A DNA stretch of 64,000 nucleotides from Haplodiscus bocki (Eukaryota), in assembly GCA_965655095.1 (NCBI GenBank), contig OZ296649.1, positions 136,276,001 through 136,340,000 on the forward strand. The letters are read 5' to 3'. This document shows, one piece after another, positions 1-14,872 of the stretch. The notes beneath the pieces were generated by a model. It made no database searches, was not told the DNA's origin, and saw nothing but the letters and a program-made list of their open reading frames with translations. Each line of letters opens with the position of its first letter. Position 1 is the first letter of the stretch. The position numbers and the translations under genes were made by a program.

Positions 1-179
1 TTTTTTCCACAAAAAGTCAATTTAATACACGGAATTTTGCCTGAGTTGACTAAAAACTGACAGAACTAGCCAAAGTCATAAACAATCTCGCTAAATGAAT
101 GATGCTGACATACAACATTTACTGGGATTACAAATCGGGAAATCGGCTCGGTGAATTGGACTAAATTCTCGTACATCGA

Positions 180-1100
180 CTGTTCCAAAGAATTTTTTCC
201 ACATTCTTGGTTCTCACAACCGGAACAATCAGAAATAGACGCTTATCACCGGCTTATTGGCTGGCGCACTGGCTCCTGATTTCTTCAGTACGCTTTTTGG
301 TTTAACTGAGTACAGCACAGTTGATCTTCTCACTTTTGCTTTTCCTTCGCAAAAAGTCTAACGAGAACCCCTCTAATACGCAATTTTTGATGACGGCACC
401 AATTTCTGCAGTAGCCATTACAATTATTTTGTCCACTTGATCTGAGCTGAGTCATTAAAGTCACGGAAACCAATATCCAGTTATCTTTGTGCCCGACAAG
501 TGGAGGCAACCTTTTCTTAGCAACAACGGAGACCGCGCTCTCTATCTAAGCAAGTTGCTCCAATGATTTCACTGATTTGACTTCCTTCTACAATCGGGTG
601 CCAGTACAGAAAAACCGGACTGTTGTAATGTTTTCACGTTGGTAACAGTGAGCTGTTGTCTTCTTTAGCATTGTCTTTCAACGTAGTCAACTGTTTACGC
701 GATTATTTTTGGGACCATAGTGATGCTCCCGTCGTCGGGTAAGCTTCTTGGTTCGTTGAAATTTATTCAATGGAATGATTAGACAACGCTGATTTTCTTG
801 CTCAACTCTTGTTTCTGCGACTGATCTATGGTGGAATCAAGCTGCACAGTAATTATGACATAACTCTCGGTTAGTGTTTGTGCTAGATCTACATGTCCTC
901 CTCTATTGTCAACGAAAACAGCCCTGGACAAGTTAACCACTTTATAGTTCTCTATGTCGATGAAACTCTTTATATCAGAGAAACAACGATAGGGGTCAAC
1001 TGACCAACAGGTTGAGGATACTTCGATTATTCTACCAGGCGTCAAGCGGCTTATCTCTGGAACCTCTTTGTTGTCTTGGCCTCCTACTTGAAAGAAAATG
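180..1100 (-). pseudogene. Highly decayed LTR-retrotransposon (Ty3/Gypsy-like) pol fragment
   Basis: Minus-strand scraps resemble the start of RT (AVSVVAKK...FRDFND vs consensus xxVxKKxG...DFRxLN). Many stops and frameshifts; boundaries approximate. Confidence 0.22.
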
Positions 1101-1759
1101 AATTTATGGGGAAAATTTGCCGCGAATTCACCCTTTTTGCATAACTTCCGTGATTGACGGGATCTTCATTAAATGAAACATTCTGATGACGTGTTCGAGA
1201 TGTGGAGAGGTAGTCGTTATGACCAGGTTCATGGTGTTGATGTTCAGTCAAGACGCATTATCAGTGAAGCTTGAGCTGCATGTGAGAAATTAAGAACTCA
1301 CCACTTGTAGACCACTTTCGCTGTATTCCATCTTTGAATTGATTGTTTTTTTTGTATGCACGATTACTCGCAGAACAAACATCAAGCCATTCAAAGCATA
1401 GTTGAAATTCAAAGGTGTGATTGGTTGACAACGAACCAATGTTTTTTTTACTTTGTCCTCGAGCATCTTAACTTTAAAAAGCTGGAAACTCTAGATTTTG
1501 ACCTTTGACAGTTTTTCCAATTGCCATGTTCAAAGTCAGCCGTTGAAACTTTAAATATGAAACTAAACCTAGTCAAAGTTAGAAGAGTGGTCAAAAACAA
1601 TCTAAATTGTTTTCAAAGAAATTACAAACGGAAATGCTTAAAAGTGATCAATGAGTGTTTGACCTTGTTCGACACCAACTTTACTACCTGTTTAGAGAAA
1701 ATTAACCCAGTAAAAAACCCGCTAGATAGTGATAGAGAAGTCATTCGGAGTTAGTAATC

Positions 1760-2225
1760 TGGGTGAAATTTTCCACCAAAAAATAAATTATGGAAAGAAA
1801 ATCATCCATTCAAGTGGACGTACTTTCACCCGATGTTGGGCACTTGATAATGTCCGATGTTTGACGACTAACCTGACAAATTCTGACCGAAAAACTTTTA
1901 TTCACTAATTTGTCTCAAGTTTAACGTAGAATGTTATTAAAATAGTAAATTCTCTCAAAAACATTCAAAATTGGTGTTTTTTTTCGAAAAGGTGTCTTGT
2001 TTGCTATAGAATGCATATGAGTTGAAAATATCTCCCGAAAAAAGTCTTTTCCAACTAAATTTTGAGACTTCCGGGCAAAAATCAGAAATTTTCTTGTCCA
2101 GAGAGAACTGAGAAACTATGATGATGAAGGTAGACAGTATTTTGAAAACGATTTCGGCCTTTGAAATTCCTTCTTTAAAAACTGGATGTGCTGAAAATGG
2201 ACCAGTGGTTGGCGACCGTCATTTT
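1760..2225 (+). repeat. Copy 1 of a dispersed ~0.5-0.7 kb non-autonomous repeat family (Helitron-like 3' end, tentative)
   Basis: Colinear similarity to 21690-22181 (e.g. aatgtccgatgtt, tctcaaaa...ttttttcgaaaa, end gtggttggcgaccgtc vs gatagccagccgtcttgtt). Confidence 0.6.
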
Positions 2226-3599
2226 ACTGGGTTGCAATTGAAACTTTCACTTTGAAGGGATAAATTTCATGACTACAATTGTAAGTTCGATTGGAAATAA
2301 ACCGAAACATACCCTTCATTTCGCACAAAAAAAATCTTGAAGGAAGAGAAATCACTTCAATCCAAAAAACCTTTTCGAAACAAGTTGTGTTTAAAAGGCT
2401 TTTGAAAATTTCAAGCGCGAAATGTTCACTCAAAAGTCTGCCGATCTTATCAGTATGACAATGATACGCAATATACAGAAATCAGTATGACGATGATCTC
2501 GACAGTACCGATACGTGTAAGTCCACCCTGTCTACGGTTTCTGTGTAGAGGGTTTTACTTCTTCTGACTTCAACTCTGATTGCGTACCAGATGCGGAAGT
2601 GAGAAACATGACACTCCAAATGGAATGGTTTCGCTACAACCTCGCTCTTGGGCAACCATCCCAAGCCTGTCATGTGATTGAGGATTGGAAAAATCCAACT
2701 TATCTGGTTGGGGCAACGCCATAAACAAAGCCTAATGGACGACAATCCACCATCTTAAGCAAGCTCGACATGCAATTAAGATGTGCAGAGGTTAGACGCC
2801 GATGTTTGAGTTGTTTGTCTGGCTGACAACCGACACAACGTGTCCACAAGAAGGAACATTTCAGTTCTTACGACCTACTTAGAAATAGCTCACATTAAAA
2901 TTTGCACTCCATCAATTCAATCAGTACGGACTTTCAGAACTTCTCATATCATCAAAGTACCTTCAGATCCCACAAAACATCAAATGTTTGCTATGAGGGA
3001 GGCCGTAGCACCAGGTCATAGACAAGACATTTTCTTCCTCCTTGCAACAGACGGCCGTTCCTGAGGGATCCGTTCGAATTCCCCAAACTATTAGATAGAC
3101 AAATAAAGAAAGAACGCAAAAGCAGTGTCCAGGTTTATCACTAGGGGAAAAGTACGCTGCTGCAAACGATAGAACAATCTATTGCGTTCCATGGTAACTG
3201 AAATTGAGTTTTTTCAGTGCAAGGTGCGTCAACGTAAATTCTCAATTTCCAGGACTAACTTTCGAGAAAACTTTAAAAATTTGGTTGAAATTTTTACTAT
3301 TTCATGAAACCCAGAATCCTAATCCCAAATGCAAAATGAGTTGATACCTGCAGTTTGATGAAGCTGATATTCAAAATACAGCTCATAATTAGAATTGTCG
3401 AAGTTGATTCATCAAAAAGACCAATGTCAACGGATTGTTTTTGTATTTTTTGGACAAAATTTAAACACAAATCTCTTTGGCTGATTGTGTATCTATCTTC
3501 AAAATTTTCTCCAACAACTATGCTAAGATTTGACTGATAATTTTTATATACGTTTAATCGAGGAATGGAATCTTGCCCCTTCGTGACCTGAAACAAGGG

Positions 3600-5200
3600 C
3601 ACATAAAAGAGGGACACTAAAGGAAATATTTCCTTTGATGGAACAAAAAATCGTGGCCTGAGGATTAACTAGTGTGATTACGTTGGTTCTGATACTATTG
3701 ACATTCGAATTTCTTACAATTCATGGCGCAATCAGGTAGATCAGTTAAACAGAGTGATATCAATCTTACTCAATCTGGAGAATAATATAGGGAATCAATC
3801 CCAAAACTAGCTTGAAACTAAATTATCACAACCCCATTCCAAATTACCTGCTAATGAGGGCACAATTCTTTTTTTGCAATACTGTTTGCTTCAAGACTGT
3901 GGTAGTATGAAGATCCATTAGATGCTTTACGAAGACATTTGAATATACAAATAATCTGTAGTTTTGATTGATGAATTGTATAAAAACTTGCAATCGCAAT
4001 GTTGACATTTACTGCAAGATATCCCACCCAAAGGACTGATCATTCAAGTGGAAAATTTTTGAATAGAACGTTATTGAAGTTGCTGAACTTCGTTTAGAGA
4101 ACAGCTCTAAAGAAATTCAGCAGATCATTCCCAGTTGTGATAATAACCCGCAGATTGGTACACTCATCACGTTTACAGAGAAGAATACGTTGATTTTCGA
4201 GCCAGACTTCGGAAGTTTTAAAAAAAGTTAAATACTATTGAACATGATCATTTCCGAAAGTTTTTCGGCTCCAATTATTCCTGAAACTTTACAGATTTGG
4301 CACAGACCCGGCCCTGAAGACGCCAAAAGCAGCCAAAGCTCGAAATACCCATATTGGGTTAAGCCAACAGTTCATCTTAATGAGCGTCTTTTCGCTAAAA
4401 TTTCCAGCTCCAAAACGTTTTATTTTTAAGAGGCCATTTCTGAAAAGCGTTTTTTAACAAAACACTCCGTTAGCTTCCCAAGAAGTCTGCCGGAACTTCT
4501 AAAATTCTTTAAAATGAATTTCCAGGTTGGTGCCAAACACCCAAGACAAGTCTTTCAGGACACCGACTAGGCTTCAAAATTGGTTCGAGAGCAATTTGTG
4601 TGCTTGCTGCTACTTTCGGAACACAAGAAGACAGAGAAACGTTTCGAAAACAGCTAAAGCAGCTGAAGATTGAAGAAAATGGAACGCTCAATAGGACTTT
4701 CATGGTACTTTGTACTATGCTTTAACCGTCAAATAACCGCCACTGGAGCGTTTGGTACTTGGTGGTGTTCAGAAATTCCAAAATAATTCCGGGAAACCCC
4801 ACTTTAAAAATGATTTTTGCTCAAAAAACAGACTTCTCCAGTTGCTACTTTTTTCATTTCAAGTTTTACGGTAGCAATTGAAAGCGAAAGTTCAAACTGA
4901 CTTTTCTCGCCATTAATCAGGTCTTATTCACCCTTCGAGTGTTCTCTATAAAAAGCCGAGGCTACCAATTTCCTTTGGTAACTCGCTAAGGATCAAAAAG
5001 AACCGAAAAAAGCTTGTTCCGGAGCAGTTTTTGTATGCACCAAAAACTCTCAACTGGACATTGAAGGAAAACGATATGTACCCAACCTAGTTTTGGCGTA
5101 TCTTCACAGCGGAACGGACCGTTTCTCTTGATTTTTATTCGGCCTGCCTGCCAAAAATCAAGTAAATCAGATCAAACATAACCAGATTTGACAAACTTCT
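3600..5200 (+). pseudogene. Decayed Gypsy-like gag/integrase remnant
   Basis: FPGWCQ at ~4520 resembles integrase YYWPG. Downstream scraps resemble the SDQGxNF and ERF regions. No intact frame. Confidence 0.28.
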
Positions 5201-6399
5201 CAATGACTTCAGGTACTTCCTAGCGGTGAGATTCTGAAGCTTCTACACAAGAGTGGAGAAAGATAAACGCCTCATAGGACCTTAGCAACCTCACTATCGG
5301 AATTGTTATCAGATTTGATTTGCACTCACTCACATCCTCTGAGATACTCTTGGTAAAATTTGCGAAACAAAAAGTACATTTGAGTTGTACACTTGCAGCC
5401 ATTATTCTGAGATATAAGAGATCGGAGATTGAATCGTTTTCCCCAGTGCACCTTGGGCATTGGTTACTTCAAAAAAAATCAAAGGTCCATCAATATTAGC
5501 TAGTATGGAAAAATTTATAACTTTGCCACCAGTAGGATCAACTTTTTGCAGACAAAATGTTAATTTTAACCAAATTTTGATTGATGAACTGAATTTTGAT
5601 TGATTCAAACTGCGGCGAACAATGTGAGTGAGTTCAGAAACAGATGCCAATCATAACATAATTGTCAGTTTCCAAACACTTGAAACTTCACCTCGGGAAA
5701 GAACGTGTCTTCACATAAAAGCTTAAATTCAATGATTTCTTGACATTTCATCGCACGAACCTCAAAATTACAATGTTGTAACTTGAAGGCCAAATTCTTT
5801 AGCACCCTTAGCTCAGTGGTATAGTAGACGGATCCTGTGTTGAGCAATCGAGGTTGAGACGAAATCTTAATTTTTTCCGAACTGAAATTGGCTTCCAGGA
5901 GAAAGTTAGTTTCTTAACAAAGAAAGTTAGTTTCTTCTCGCCTTCCAGGAACCACTTCTTTCTTGACTTTGACACCCTTCAATTCCTATGCTTCTGAACT
6001 TGTTGTGCTTTTGAAGGTGACAAAAGCCGAGGTGAAACTCAAAACCCTGCAAAATGAAGATCGAGAAGTCATAACTGAACTCACAGAAGAAATTCAACAA
6101 CACTAAATTTCTTGCCAGAAAAAGCTTCGCTAGAGATCAGCCAAGTCTTCGAAGACAAAAACATCTTTTCCATATTTGGAGAGAAAGAAGATTGTGGAAA
6201 TTTGCATTATCTGAAAACTAACAAAATTGGTGACAATTTCTCTTTTTCATTGCCAAACGTACAAAAATCAGCAAACATGAGTTCAAGCGTTTCACAAGTG
6301 GCATGTTCTTGTAAGCCACGAAGTAAACAAATAATCTCGGCAAAGCTCTCGGAAGACAAAGAAATGGTCTCTAAGACGTGGAAGACAATTAAGCACAGT

Positions 6400-8150
6400 T
6401 ACAACTCGCAACAAAGAAACAACTGAACCAACGCAATTAGTCAAAAGGACGCCAAGATGTCGAGGTTGAGAGTCCATGTGATCTTGGTGTTTTAAATAAT
6501 ACTCAACGACGCAACTCAAGCACTTCTTTGGAAGGAAACTCAACGTCTATTGAGATTGCTGAGCCTGAAAGTTATTTCTAGCTCCACCCCGAAACAGTTG
6601 CCGCAGCTGCGGCAATGAAAAGTGATACCAGACGAACGATCCCACGAATGTTCGATGTTACCTTTTGGTTGGTTTTTGTGGTACCTCTCGAGATCTGAAG
6701 CTATTTATATCAACTGGTACTCTTTTGAAGAGTTCATGATGTTTAGCCGCAGTATGGGAATCCTATGGTGCATAGATGATGAGTTGATGCAGCGAGTGGA
6801 CTTTGTCTGCAAAAATGTGTGCGAAGGACAATTCACTAATCAAAACGGAAGTGAAGCCTGGGGTGGACATTTTGAAACTTTGGCAGGCGATGACCGTGAA
6901 AGCAGAAAGGCCAGACCCGATTTTTTCAGCGTCTATTTGATCACTTCTAAGAAACACTCAACACCCTAAATGTCAACGAAACGATTTTAAAAACTTCGGT
7001 CACCCTGATTATTGATCAGAAGAGACGAGTTTTAGAAAGCAAAAGTTCATTTCGAGACGCCGAGTTTAAAAAGAACGAACTCCAGTAGCTATCACGCGTA
7101 GAGAGTTTAATCCCAGGAACACAGAACCCGGAATCAGGGACCAAAGTGTGGCTGCAATGACCTCGGTTCTCAGCTTTCTCAACCCGGAATCTGAAGAGTT
7201 CAGTCATGATCCAAACATGTGTGACGGCTATTCAAAGTGGGACGCAAATTCATTCCGACTCACTGTGGAAAGTAGGAAAGTTGTTAGCTATGAAAGTAAG
7301 ACAACCTTGTCCGAAAACATGAAACTAATGAAAACTCTGAATGATTCTCAAAGTCAATCAGAAAGCACCTTCATCTGGCGAACCAGCCGTCAGACAAGTA
7401 GCAACGCCAGGACCTTGTTGTTTCCTGCAAAAAGTTGAAAATAGAGAAAAAGTCACCATTTCACTAATGATGATGACGTTCATGAAATAGAGATCGTTTT
7501 GAATGATGATGATGCTGCGTAAGGTGAGCTAGACAGATTGTTATTTTTTAGGGCGAATGATTGTGAGAAACATGATGATGCCGGTTCTTTTCTCCAGTTT
7601 TTCTGGTCAAATTCAGCTGAAGTGGATCCACTGTTACGTAGTCTCAAGCCATAACTACTGTGATATTTTGCATTGAAGAAAAACGTCCTTTGTTACCGGG
7701 TTGATAAGCTGCACATTATTGGTCCGGAAGTTGCCACCATCTCTTCCCTAACTCTTCAACCAAAACACCAACTCCATGGTGGACACTGAGGTCAACCAGC
7801 GCAAGTGACAGCTTCTTGCACACCGCAGGAGGAAACCATAAACTGATAGGAAGTTGTTCAGTCTAAAAGGGAGGCCTCAAATTCAAAGTGCGAAATTCAC
7901 AATTTATCCACGAAAAAAACAGCCTATTTAATAAATACCTCAGAAAATGAGTCTGTGCCGTTGCTTCTAGTGCAAACAAAATTATGAAGTCACTTGAGAG
8001 CGAAACCAGAAACCATCAGAGCTAGGATGAAAATATTTGCTCTATATTTCACATTGAGAAAAACAGTGGAAAAGATCCTTCTCACAGGTCTAAATCAAAA
8101 TCTCCAACGGACATCCCATTAATTGCAGCACAACCTTGTAGTGTTTAAAC
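6400..8150 (+). pseudogene. Decayed Ty3/Gypsy pol (RT followed by integrase)
   Basis: Ordered RT remnants: ILNDAT (~6500, cf. YRxLNxxT), MLPFG (~6655), WCIDDE (~6770, cf. YLDD), EFKKNEL (~7065). Integrase-like scraps follow (HDDAG ~7570, CDI ~7660, HIIGP ~7715). Confidence 0.45.
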
Positions 8151-10149
8151 TTATTACCATTGGTATTCAAACAGGCACATAAAGGATCTGCCATCAGCTG
8201 GAAAAAATGTGTTTAGCTGTATCTTAACCGATAAAGGTGGACCAACTCACATTTCTTGTTTCGGATCTGGCGCGCTCAAAAAAAACTGTGAAAACCCTCA
8301 ACCAGCAAAGACACTACTAGATTCATATCCAGTAGTTGGGAAAACATTGGTATGAATGACGTCCATCACTTTCATTCAACCTTGTGAACCTGTTCCAATA
8401 ACAACATAACAGCTACTGTCCAACCCATAGTCCATAATTGTAAAAAAGCAACAAAAAACTCTGCCGGAGGCCATTAACGAACCTCAAGATACCAATTCGA
8501 GAAAAAACATCACGTTGAACAAGAGCAAAAGTGAGACAATTGAGAAACTTAAGTCTGATGAAACAAGAGACCTCATAGATGGTGCGAACCAAAGAAAGCA
8601 CAATTACGCTGAATGATGGAATAATGGGTTTTCACCTCAGGAGACGGATCAGCAGCTAGAAAATTTTCCGATGGATTCTCAGTGAACGAGTTCAGATTCG
8701 GATTGACAAGTTTTTGGACCTCGTAGGCGGCTGTACTTCCTTTCGGTGCGCAACCTTCCGAAGAGGAAAGTGTCATAGTACGCACCCCAACTGAGTTCAA
8801 CCTGGTGATTGTTTCAATTGTTTTGACGGTTCTCACTCCGTTTGATGGCCGCATTTCCTAAACAATAAGCCCCCAAGGCGCTGTAGATTGCAAAAAATCT
8901 AGGAAAAACCTGTCGAAACGCCCCTGAACCACCTATTGAATCGGAAGAGGAGCGCATACGCTGAGAAGTGAACCATCTCTGTAGCCTACACATCTTGCGG
9001 TCCTGGTCTTAATCTTCTTGGGAAAGACTTTTCTTGATTGATTGTCTTTTTAAAAGATCTTGACAGACCAGAAACTGTTGTTACGTGATTGATTCTTTTG
9101 AAAATCAGCAGCACACCTCTTAAAAGCAATCCATCCATTAGCTGGCCTTGATCATAATTAACTTACTGTCACTAAAAATTCCAGTCATCTTGGAATCAAA
9201 CTGAGGTTGCCAAGTGATCAGCATTTCGATTTTTTTGTTGTTTTTTCAGTGTAGTTTTTAACTTATCCAAATGTCTGGGGATGTTCTGTTTTATATGCAA
9301 TTTTTGAATTAGATCTTCGATTCAAAAATGTTTTAGAATTCTTCCGTCACTAACTATAAACCGAACTGAAACAATAACAAGAGTGCAAAAGAGAAAAAAG
9401 GGAAGACAAAAAGAAAAAAAGGTTAGGAAGCAGTTTTTCTCCAAAACGGTAATGTCCTAATGGAACAGATTGCTATAATGGAGTGGAGTCTCAGCCGATA
9501 AAGGAAGTTCATTCCGTTTTCAATGACTGAAACAAAGAGACGGAAACACTTTGCAAAACTCTAAAGAATTACTCATCAAGCCAAACAGGCATCCAATGCT
9601 ATGGAACTTCAATATAGTTTATTGTGGTGTTAGTGGTCAACGGTAGCTTTGAAAATGACTGCTCCAAATCACACCATCGAGTTTGAACTTTGCTTCATTA
9701 TGAAGACCGATGATCTATTCTTTGATTGGGGATGAGCGGAATCAAAACGAAAGAGATATGTAACGCAAACTTTTAAAGCCAGAAATTTTACTTCAGATAA
9801 AACCTCAAAAATTCAAAGACAATTTCTCAGAAGTACCATTTTAAGCCAGGTTATGTTTTTGGGAGGCAACAAGACGTACGAGAAGGAAAGAAAAAGAATT
9901 TAAAAACCACAAAAGAAGACGGCATTGTTACAAATTTGTTACAAACCTGTGCCGGCTTCAGCACAAATTTGATTTCAAACTTGCGGGTCTGTATTTTTTC
10001 ATCTACAACGAAGGCCGTTTCTGTTTTCGTTACAAGGCGATCGTTCTTCAGGTAGGGGTGGGGTCGGAGTAGCAGCTGTGAGGTTAAACATAAATTCAAC
10101 TTAGGCGAAACCTTCTGCTCTTGCGGCTCCAGCTGTGCCCAGTTTGAAG

Positions 10150-11380
10150 GTTCCGGCCTAACTATTCTTGGACATTCACGCGCGAAATGGCCTTTTTCCT
10201 GACCATTGGAACTTTCGGCCTTGGAGTGAGTGAGATTTTTGAAGCCTACGTAACCCATGTGACTGTGTGGGCTGCAGAAGTAAGGTTGCTGTTGGGGAAG
10301 CTGGAGAAACTGCTACGCTTATTGCTGAAACTGCCCACCACCGCCAAACTGCACTCTGCCAATGGCTCCTAGAAATGTTGTGAGGGCGGCCAATGATGCT
10401 ACGATAGCTGCTGATATTGGTCTGGCAATTGATTCAGATTAGTGCTCATCTGATTGAACCCTTGTATCAGGCTGTCTTCCAGATATTTCATCATCTTGAG
10501 ATTGGCCTCACCTTGCTTTGCCACAATGTTATCCAATTTGTCGAGTTTGTTGCCCACTGTACTCATGGGAGTCAGGAGAGCAACGAACTTATCCCCCACT
10601 TGTTTGAGAAAACAATAGAAGGTAGCCCTGACCACATCACAACTGTCTGCGTTCTTTGGCACAAAGTGGACATTTCACCCCAGATTACCTTCTTTTGGCG
10701 TGGCTCAGTCTCTTGGGCATTTTTTTGAAATAGTTGGATTTTTTTTTGCACCGCAAAGAACCTTCGATATGCCGCATCTCCGTATACTTTTTGTTGCAAT
10801 TTAGAGTTATAGAGTCCTAATAAGACCTGATCACGGAGGTCTGTGTCTCGTTCGTGGTGAGTGTTTTCAGAGAATGTCAAATCACCAAGATATCTAACTG
10901 GCTTAAAACACTTTCTCGAGGTTTTATTTTCACCTTGCTTTAAATACACAGCGAGTAACTCCAGGATTTTGGTTCTGCTGCCATTTCAGTTTTTGCACTT
11001 CGAGGAAATTAACAACTTTTGGAGATTTTGTCTCATGGAAAATTTGCGATATACTCGCGTGGATGCGTCTCGAACTCTTCCACAGACCAAAAAGTCAAAG
11101 AAGCTGGCAATGCTGCAATGATTTGCTGGTCACTTCTCCCGTTGGCTTTGGTGACTGATTTGTGATAGTTCACCCATAGCTCCCAGCAGTCGAAGTCTTT
11201 GCTAGTGAATCCTTCGGGTTTAAGGAATGATTTTTCATACCTCGCTTTGCTTCTCTTGCAGCGTTCAACGACAACTTCTGCCAACGAGGCTTGAAGCATG
11301 GATTTATTGCTGCTACAAACATTGTTCGCTTTCAGTCGGTTCAATTCGAACTTTAGCGCCAGCATTTGGTCTTGCAAGTT
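10150..11380 (-). pseudogene. Frameshifted LTR-retrotransposon gag
   Basis: Successive minus ORFs: KDFDCWELWVNYHKSVTKANGRSDQQIIAALPASL (gag N-terminal type), DTDLRDQVLLGL (gag LRDxxxxGL), and a degenerate zinc knuckle GQEKGHFARECP at ~10170-10205. Confidence 0.65.
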
Positions 11381-11573
11381 GAGTATTGTCCTTGCTTTGT
11401 CACATCACCGGTGATTAGAGTACTCTAAGTCGGAGTCCAATAATTTACAAGACTTTTGTTTCGATGGTCTCGGAAAATCATTTCCTTGTTTGTTGCCGCC
11501 TGATTCGGGGTGATCGGTGACTTCGTGAGTAGTGTTGTCCTCTTCCACTATCTTGATATAGTTTGGATTATGA

Positions 11574-12240
11574 TCAAGACACCCGGCTACTACCGGGATA
11601 CTTTGCGCCCTTCGATTCTGTTGGAGATGCCTTTTAGAAGGATGAAAGCCTTTTCTTCTTCAAAATACTCTGTTTTTTCATCATGCTTTACAATTTTTGC
11701 AATCTTATTTCTCATCTGATTTTCAGCCAAAAACCCTCAGCAAAAAGTTGGAAAGACAATTTTATGGAACAATAACATTTGAGATGCATTCTAAAAAAAA
11801 GTTTTACCGCTTAGCGATTTTCAAAACAATCAAGTTTTTTCCGAAAAAAAACATCTAATTTTCCAAAAAACCCGATTTTTTGGATGTTTTGAGACTTTTC
11901 AGGCAATTACGCCATTTGAAACGCATTCTGGACCAAAATTGCCACTTTTAGCGATTTTGAAAAGTTTCAGGTTTTTTTTCAAAATAACTTATCTTTTTTT
12001 GATAGAAACCCAAATTTCGAACAATTTGAGAATTCCTAATATTCCAGTCTGAGTCTACATCAATACACCAAAGTTGCTACAAGTTGGTGAAAAAAACTCA
12101 CGTTCAGAAACTTGAACGAATATCGTTTTAGTGTGAATGCAATTGGCAAACATCGGGTTAAAAAAACGTCGAAGATCTTCTTCTTGAGAAGAAGATTTTG
12201 CTTTGATATTCTAAAAAATACAGCGCAAAAAAAGAAAGCA
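11574..12240 (-). repeat. Copy 2 of the dispersed repeat family (inverted, with internal sub-repeats)
   Basis: Begins caagacacccggctactaccgggatactttgcgccc, the reverse complement of the family end at 22140-22180. Shares caattggcaaacatcggg and ggtgaaaaaaactcacgtt. Confidence 0.65.
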
Positions 12241-12289
12241 GTTTTTTGGCAACAGCTAGAGATAAAGCCAGAGAATTTAGCCCACCCAG

Positions 12290-12640
12290 GAACGCCGCTG
12301 TAGAAAGTAGAAAATTTATGACTTTTCAAACTCCAATTCAAGTAAACCATAGTACCGTTCATCACGAGGCAGGGAATACGACTGAGATTGGCAAAAATTT
12401 AAACACTCAATATCAACGAACGAAGTTGTTAATTGAAGGCGTTAAGGCTCTTCTCCAAAACATTTGCCTCACCGTTTGTTTTACAAATATTTGCTCAACA
12501 ACGCGTCCCGCTGCTGTCTTGTAGAGCTCGTGTATGAATATAGATGACAAAACTGGCTCCGCAACAGGTAAGACTTCAATTAAATTATCTTGAAAATTCT
12601 TTACGGAAATCATGTTTTTCGGGAGAATAAACAGGTTCCA
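12290..12640 (-). pseudogene. BEL/Pao-type integrase zinc-binding region remnant
   Basis: LPVAEPVLSSIFIHELYK...VRQMFWRRALTPSINNFVR matches the BEL/Pao pattern LP..HP..xII.H.H...RQ.FWI...VxxxVR. Confidence 0.45.
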
Positions 12641-14658
12641 AATGACTTAGCGTATAAACCTCAGAAAAGTTAATGAGCAGGATAGATGAAGATGCACAAT
12701 AATTTGTTTCAATCGGGTACAAGGGGTTTTTGAGATGATTTCCCGGACTCACACGTCACCTCCACTACAGTTCTTGATTTGTGATTAGCATTGGATAAGA
12801 CACCAACACTTGTGCCAAAGAAACAAAAATAAACCTCAATCTATTTCACCTAGTACTCAAATCCATTAGGTTACGGATTTTCCTTCTCTGATCATACACA
12901 AAGCTGTTATTTATGGTCGGGGACTACAAACGAAAAAAAGTCGATCGGTAAGAAAGTCGACAATCCCATATTGCCCCGAAGTCTCTAACTTCAGAGTCAA
13001 AATAAGTTAAAAAACAAATTTTTCGGCTCAAGGAAAGTATTGACTGTCCCGCAGTTCAATTCTATAAAGTTTGGCACTTTTCCAACGCGTGCGTGTTGGT
13101 TTCGTTACTGCTATTCGTTTTTTTAATGCTAGGGTTACCAACTTGTAGTCTTTTCGTAAAATCAAGACTTTTCTTCCTGTTCGTCGCCTATTACTAATAG
13201 AATTTTTTTCTTGAAGGCAATTATCTGACTCTCGGTATTCTTCAAATCTTCTCGGTTTATTTTGCCAATATTTGGGAATCAATTTAAAGACAATGACTTC
13301 CTGTGTAGTGGTTATAACCACTAAACATTTTCATTGGAGTCAAGTGACTGTTTATTTTGTTTCGATTCGTGTACGTGCAAACTTTGATTAACAGGTTGTT
13401 TTAGCTGATGTGTCAACCTTCCTATTTATTGAATGTAACAAGTGATCTTAAAAATGAGAGAAAAATAGTGTTTCCTAGCTAGCAACATCATAAAATTATT
13501 GCAAAGGAAATACCCGGTAAAATGTCTGAATGTTGTTGAAACTTCCAATATTTTTTGTATTCATGATAAACGCCAAGCTACGAAACTGAATTTGTCATTA
13601 CGCGCTGTTCTAACGTTTTGTAAAGGCAATAATACCGTTGTTTATTATTTCTTCTGTGTTTGTCGTGGACAAACATGATTATTCGCAAGTAGTTAAATTT
13701 TCTCATCGAAAAAATTGGTTTTTGGTGAGTTTTAGGTCTTTTTTTTGTTCTATGATTTTTTTTTCAGTATGGAGTGGTATTTTTCTGTTAGTAATACTGA
13801 AGGAAATTTATATAACGTAAAAATGAGCTCCCTGGTCTCGACAAAAAACAGTTTTAGGTTTCATGTTTGAGTATTTTTGACGCGACTTTTGGGACATATT
13901 AAAATGAAAATACAAATTTTGTGACGCAGCAGCGTAAATATGTCATAGCTTGTGTGGTGGTGGCCTCGCGTTTTCGAAACTATTTCAGTTTCAGGCAAAT
14001 TCTTTTTCTTTTGTATTCATAGCAGTTTGACTTCACTTCGCTTTCGTTTTTATGCTTTTTTAACGTTGTACCTGAACTAAGAATTCACAACTTCGCTATT
14101 TTCCGGACCTTAATGTTTTTCAATGTTGTTGTTTGGTTAATTCTAGGCTTTCGATTCTGATGAAAATTTTACAGTGTCTTCTACATGAAATGGAGTTTGC
14201 AATAGTCAATTAGATTTTGCTCCACATACAGTGCACTCTGAGAAAAATGCGGTTGAAGTTCGAATTTGAATTAGAGACGTGTGTAAAAGTTTGGCTGCGG
14301 CAGCTTTGCTATGTTAAAGCACATGTGAAGGTCACTCCAAAATAACCAATCTTTGCTGTGCTGCTTGTCCTTATTCGGACATAGTGTTTATTGAATTCAG
14401 TATTCGTTTTTCATGCACTATTCTCACTGCTAAACTGCATATAGTTCACGTGTACTCCCATAGCGTTTACGTTCTTCCAATTATGACAAAAATGATCGGT
14501 TTGGAAACTAATTCTAAGCTCTTAAACTTCTTCGAGTAAATGATTATGTCACTTCTTTTAACAGCAGATGAATGTTCAACAATATAGATGAGGGTTGGAA
14601 TGATAATATTAAAAAAATGTTTAATAGAGTTTTCATCATTGACAACCACGACACATTC

Positions 14659-14872
14659 CGGATCTTTTCTGTTAACTCCCCCCAGCCCACCCACTAGTAG
14701 TAACGAGAATTTTAAGCCCCCCCCCCCCCCACCTAGAAGCGAACTCGTCTCTGATTGGCTAAAAATCCCTCGCGCGTGAGTGGAAGCATTATGCCGCTTA
14801 TTCTTTGGCGTATCCAATATGGTGTGGGGGAGTTAAATCTGTAGGGGGTGGGAAGTTAACAAAAAAGAACCG
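14659..14872. mobile_element. ~214-bp MITE with TIRs CGGATCTTTTCTGTTAACT
   Basis: Left cggatcttttctgttaact, right agttaacaaaaaagaaccg. Internal sequence is homologous to the copies at 15075-15555. Confidence 0.75.
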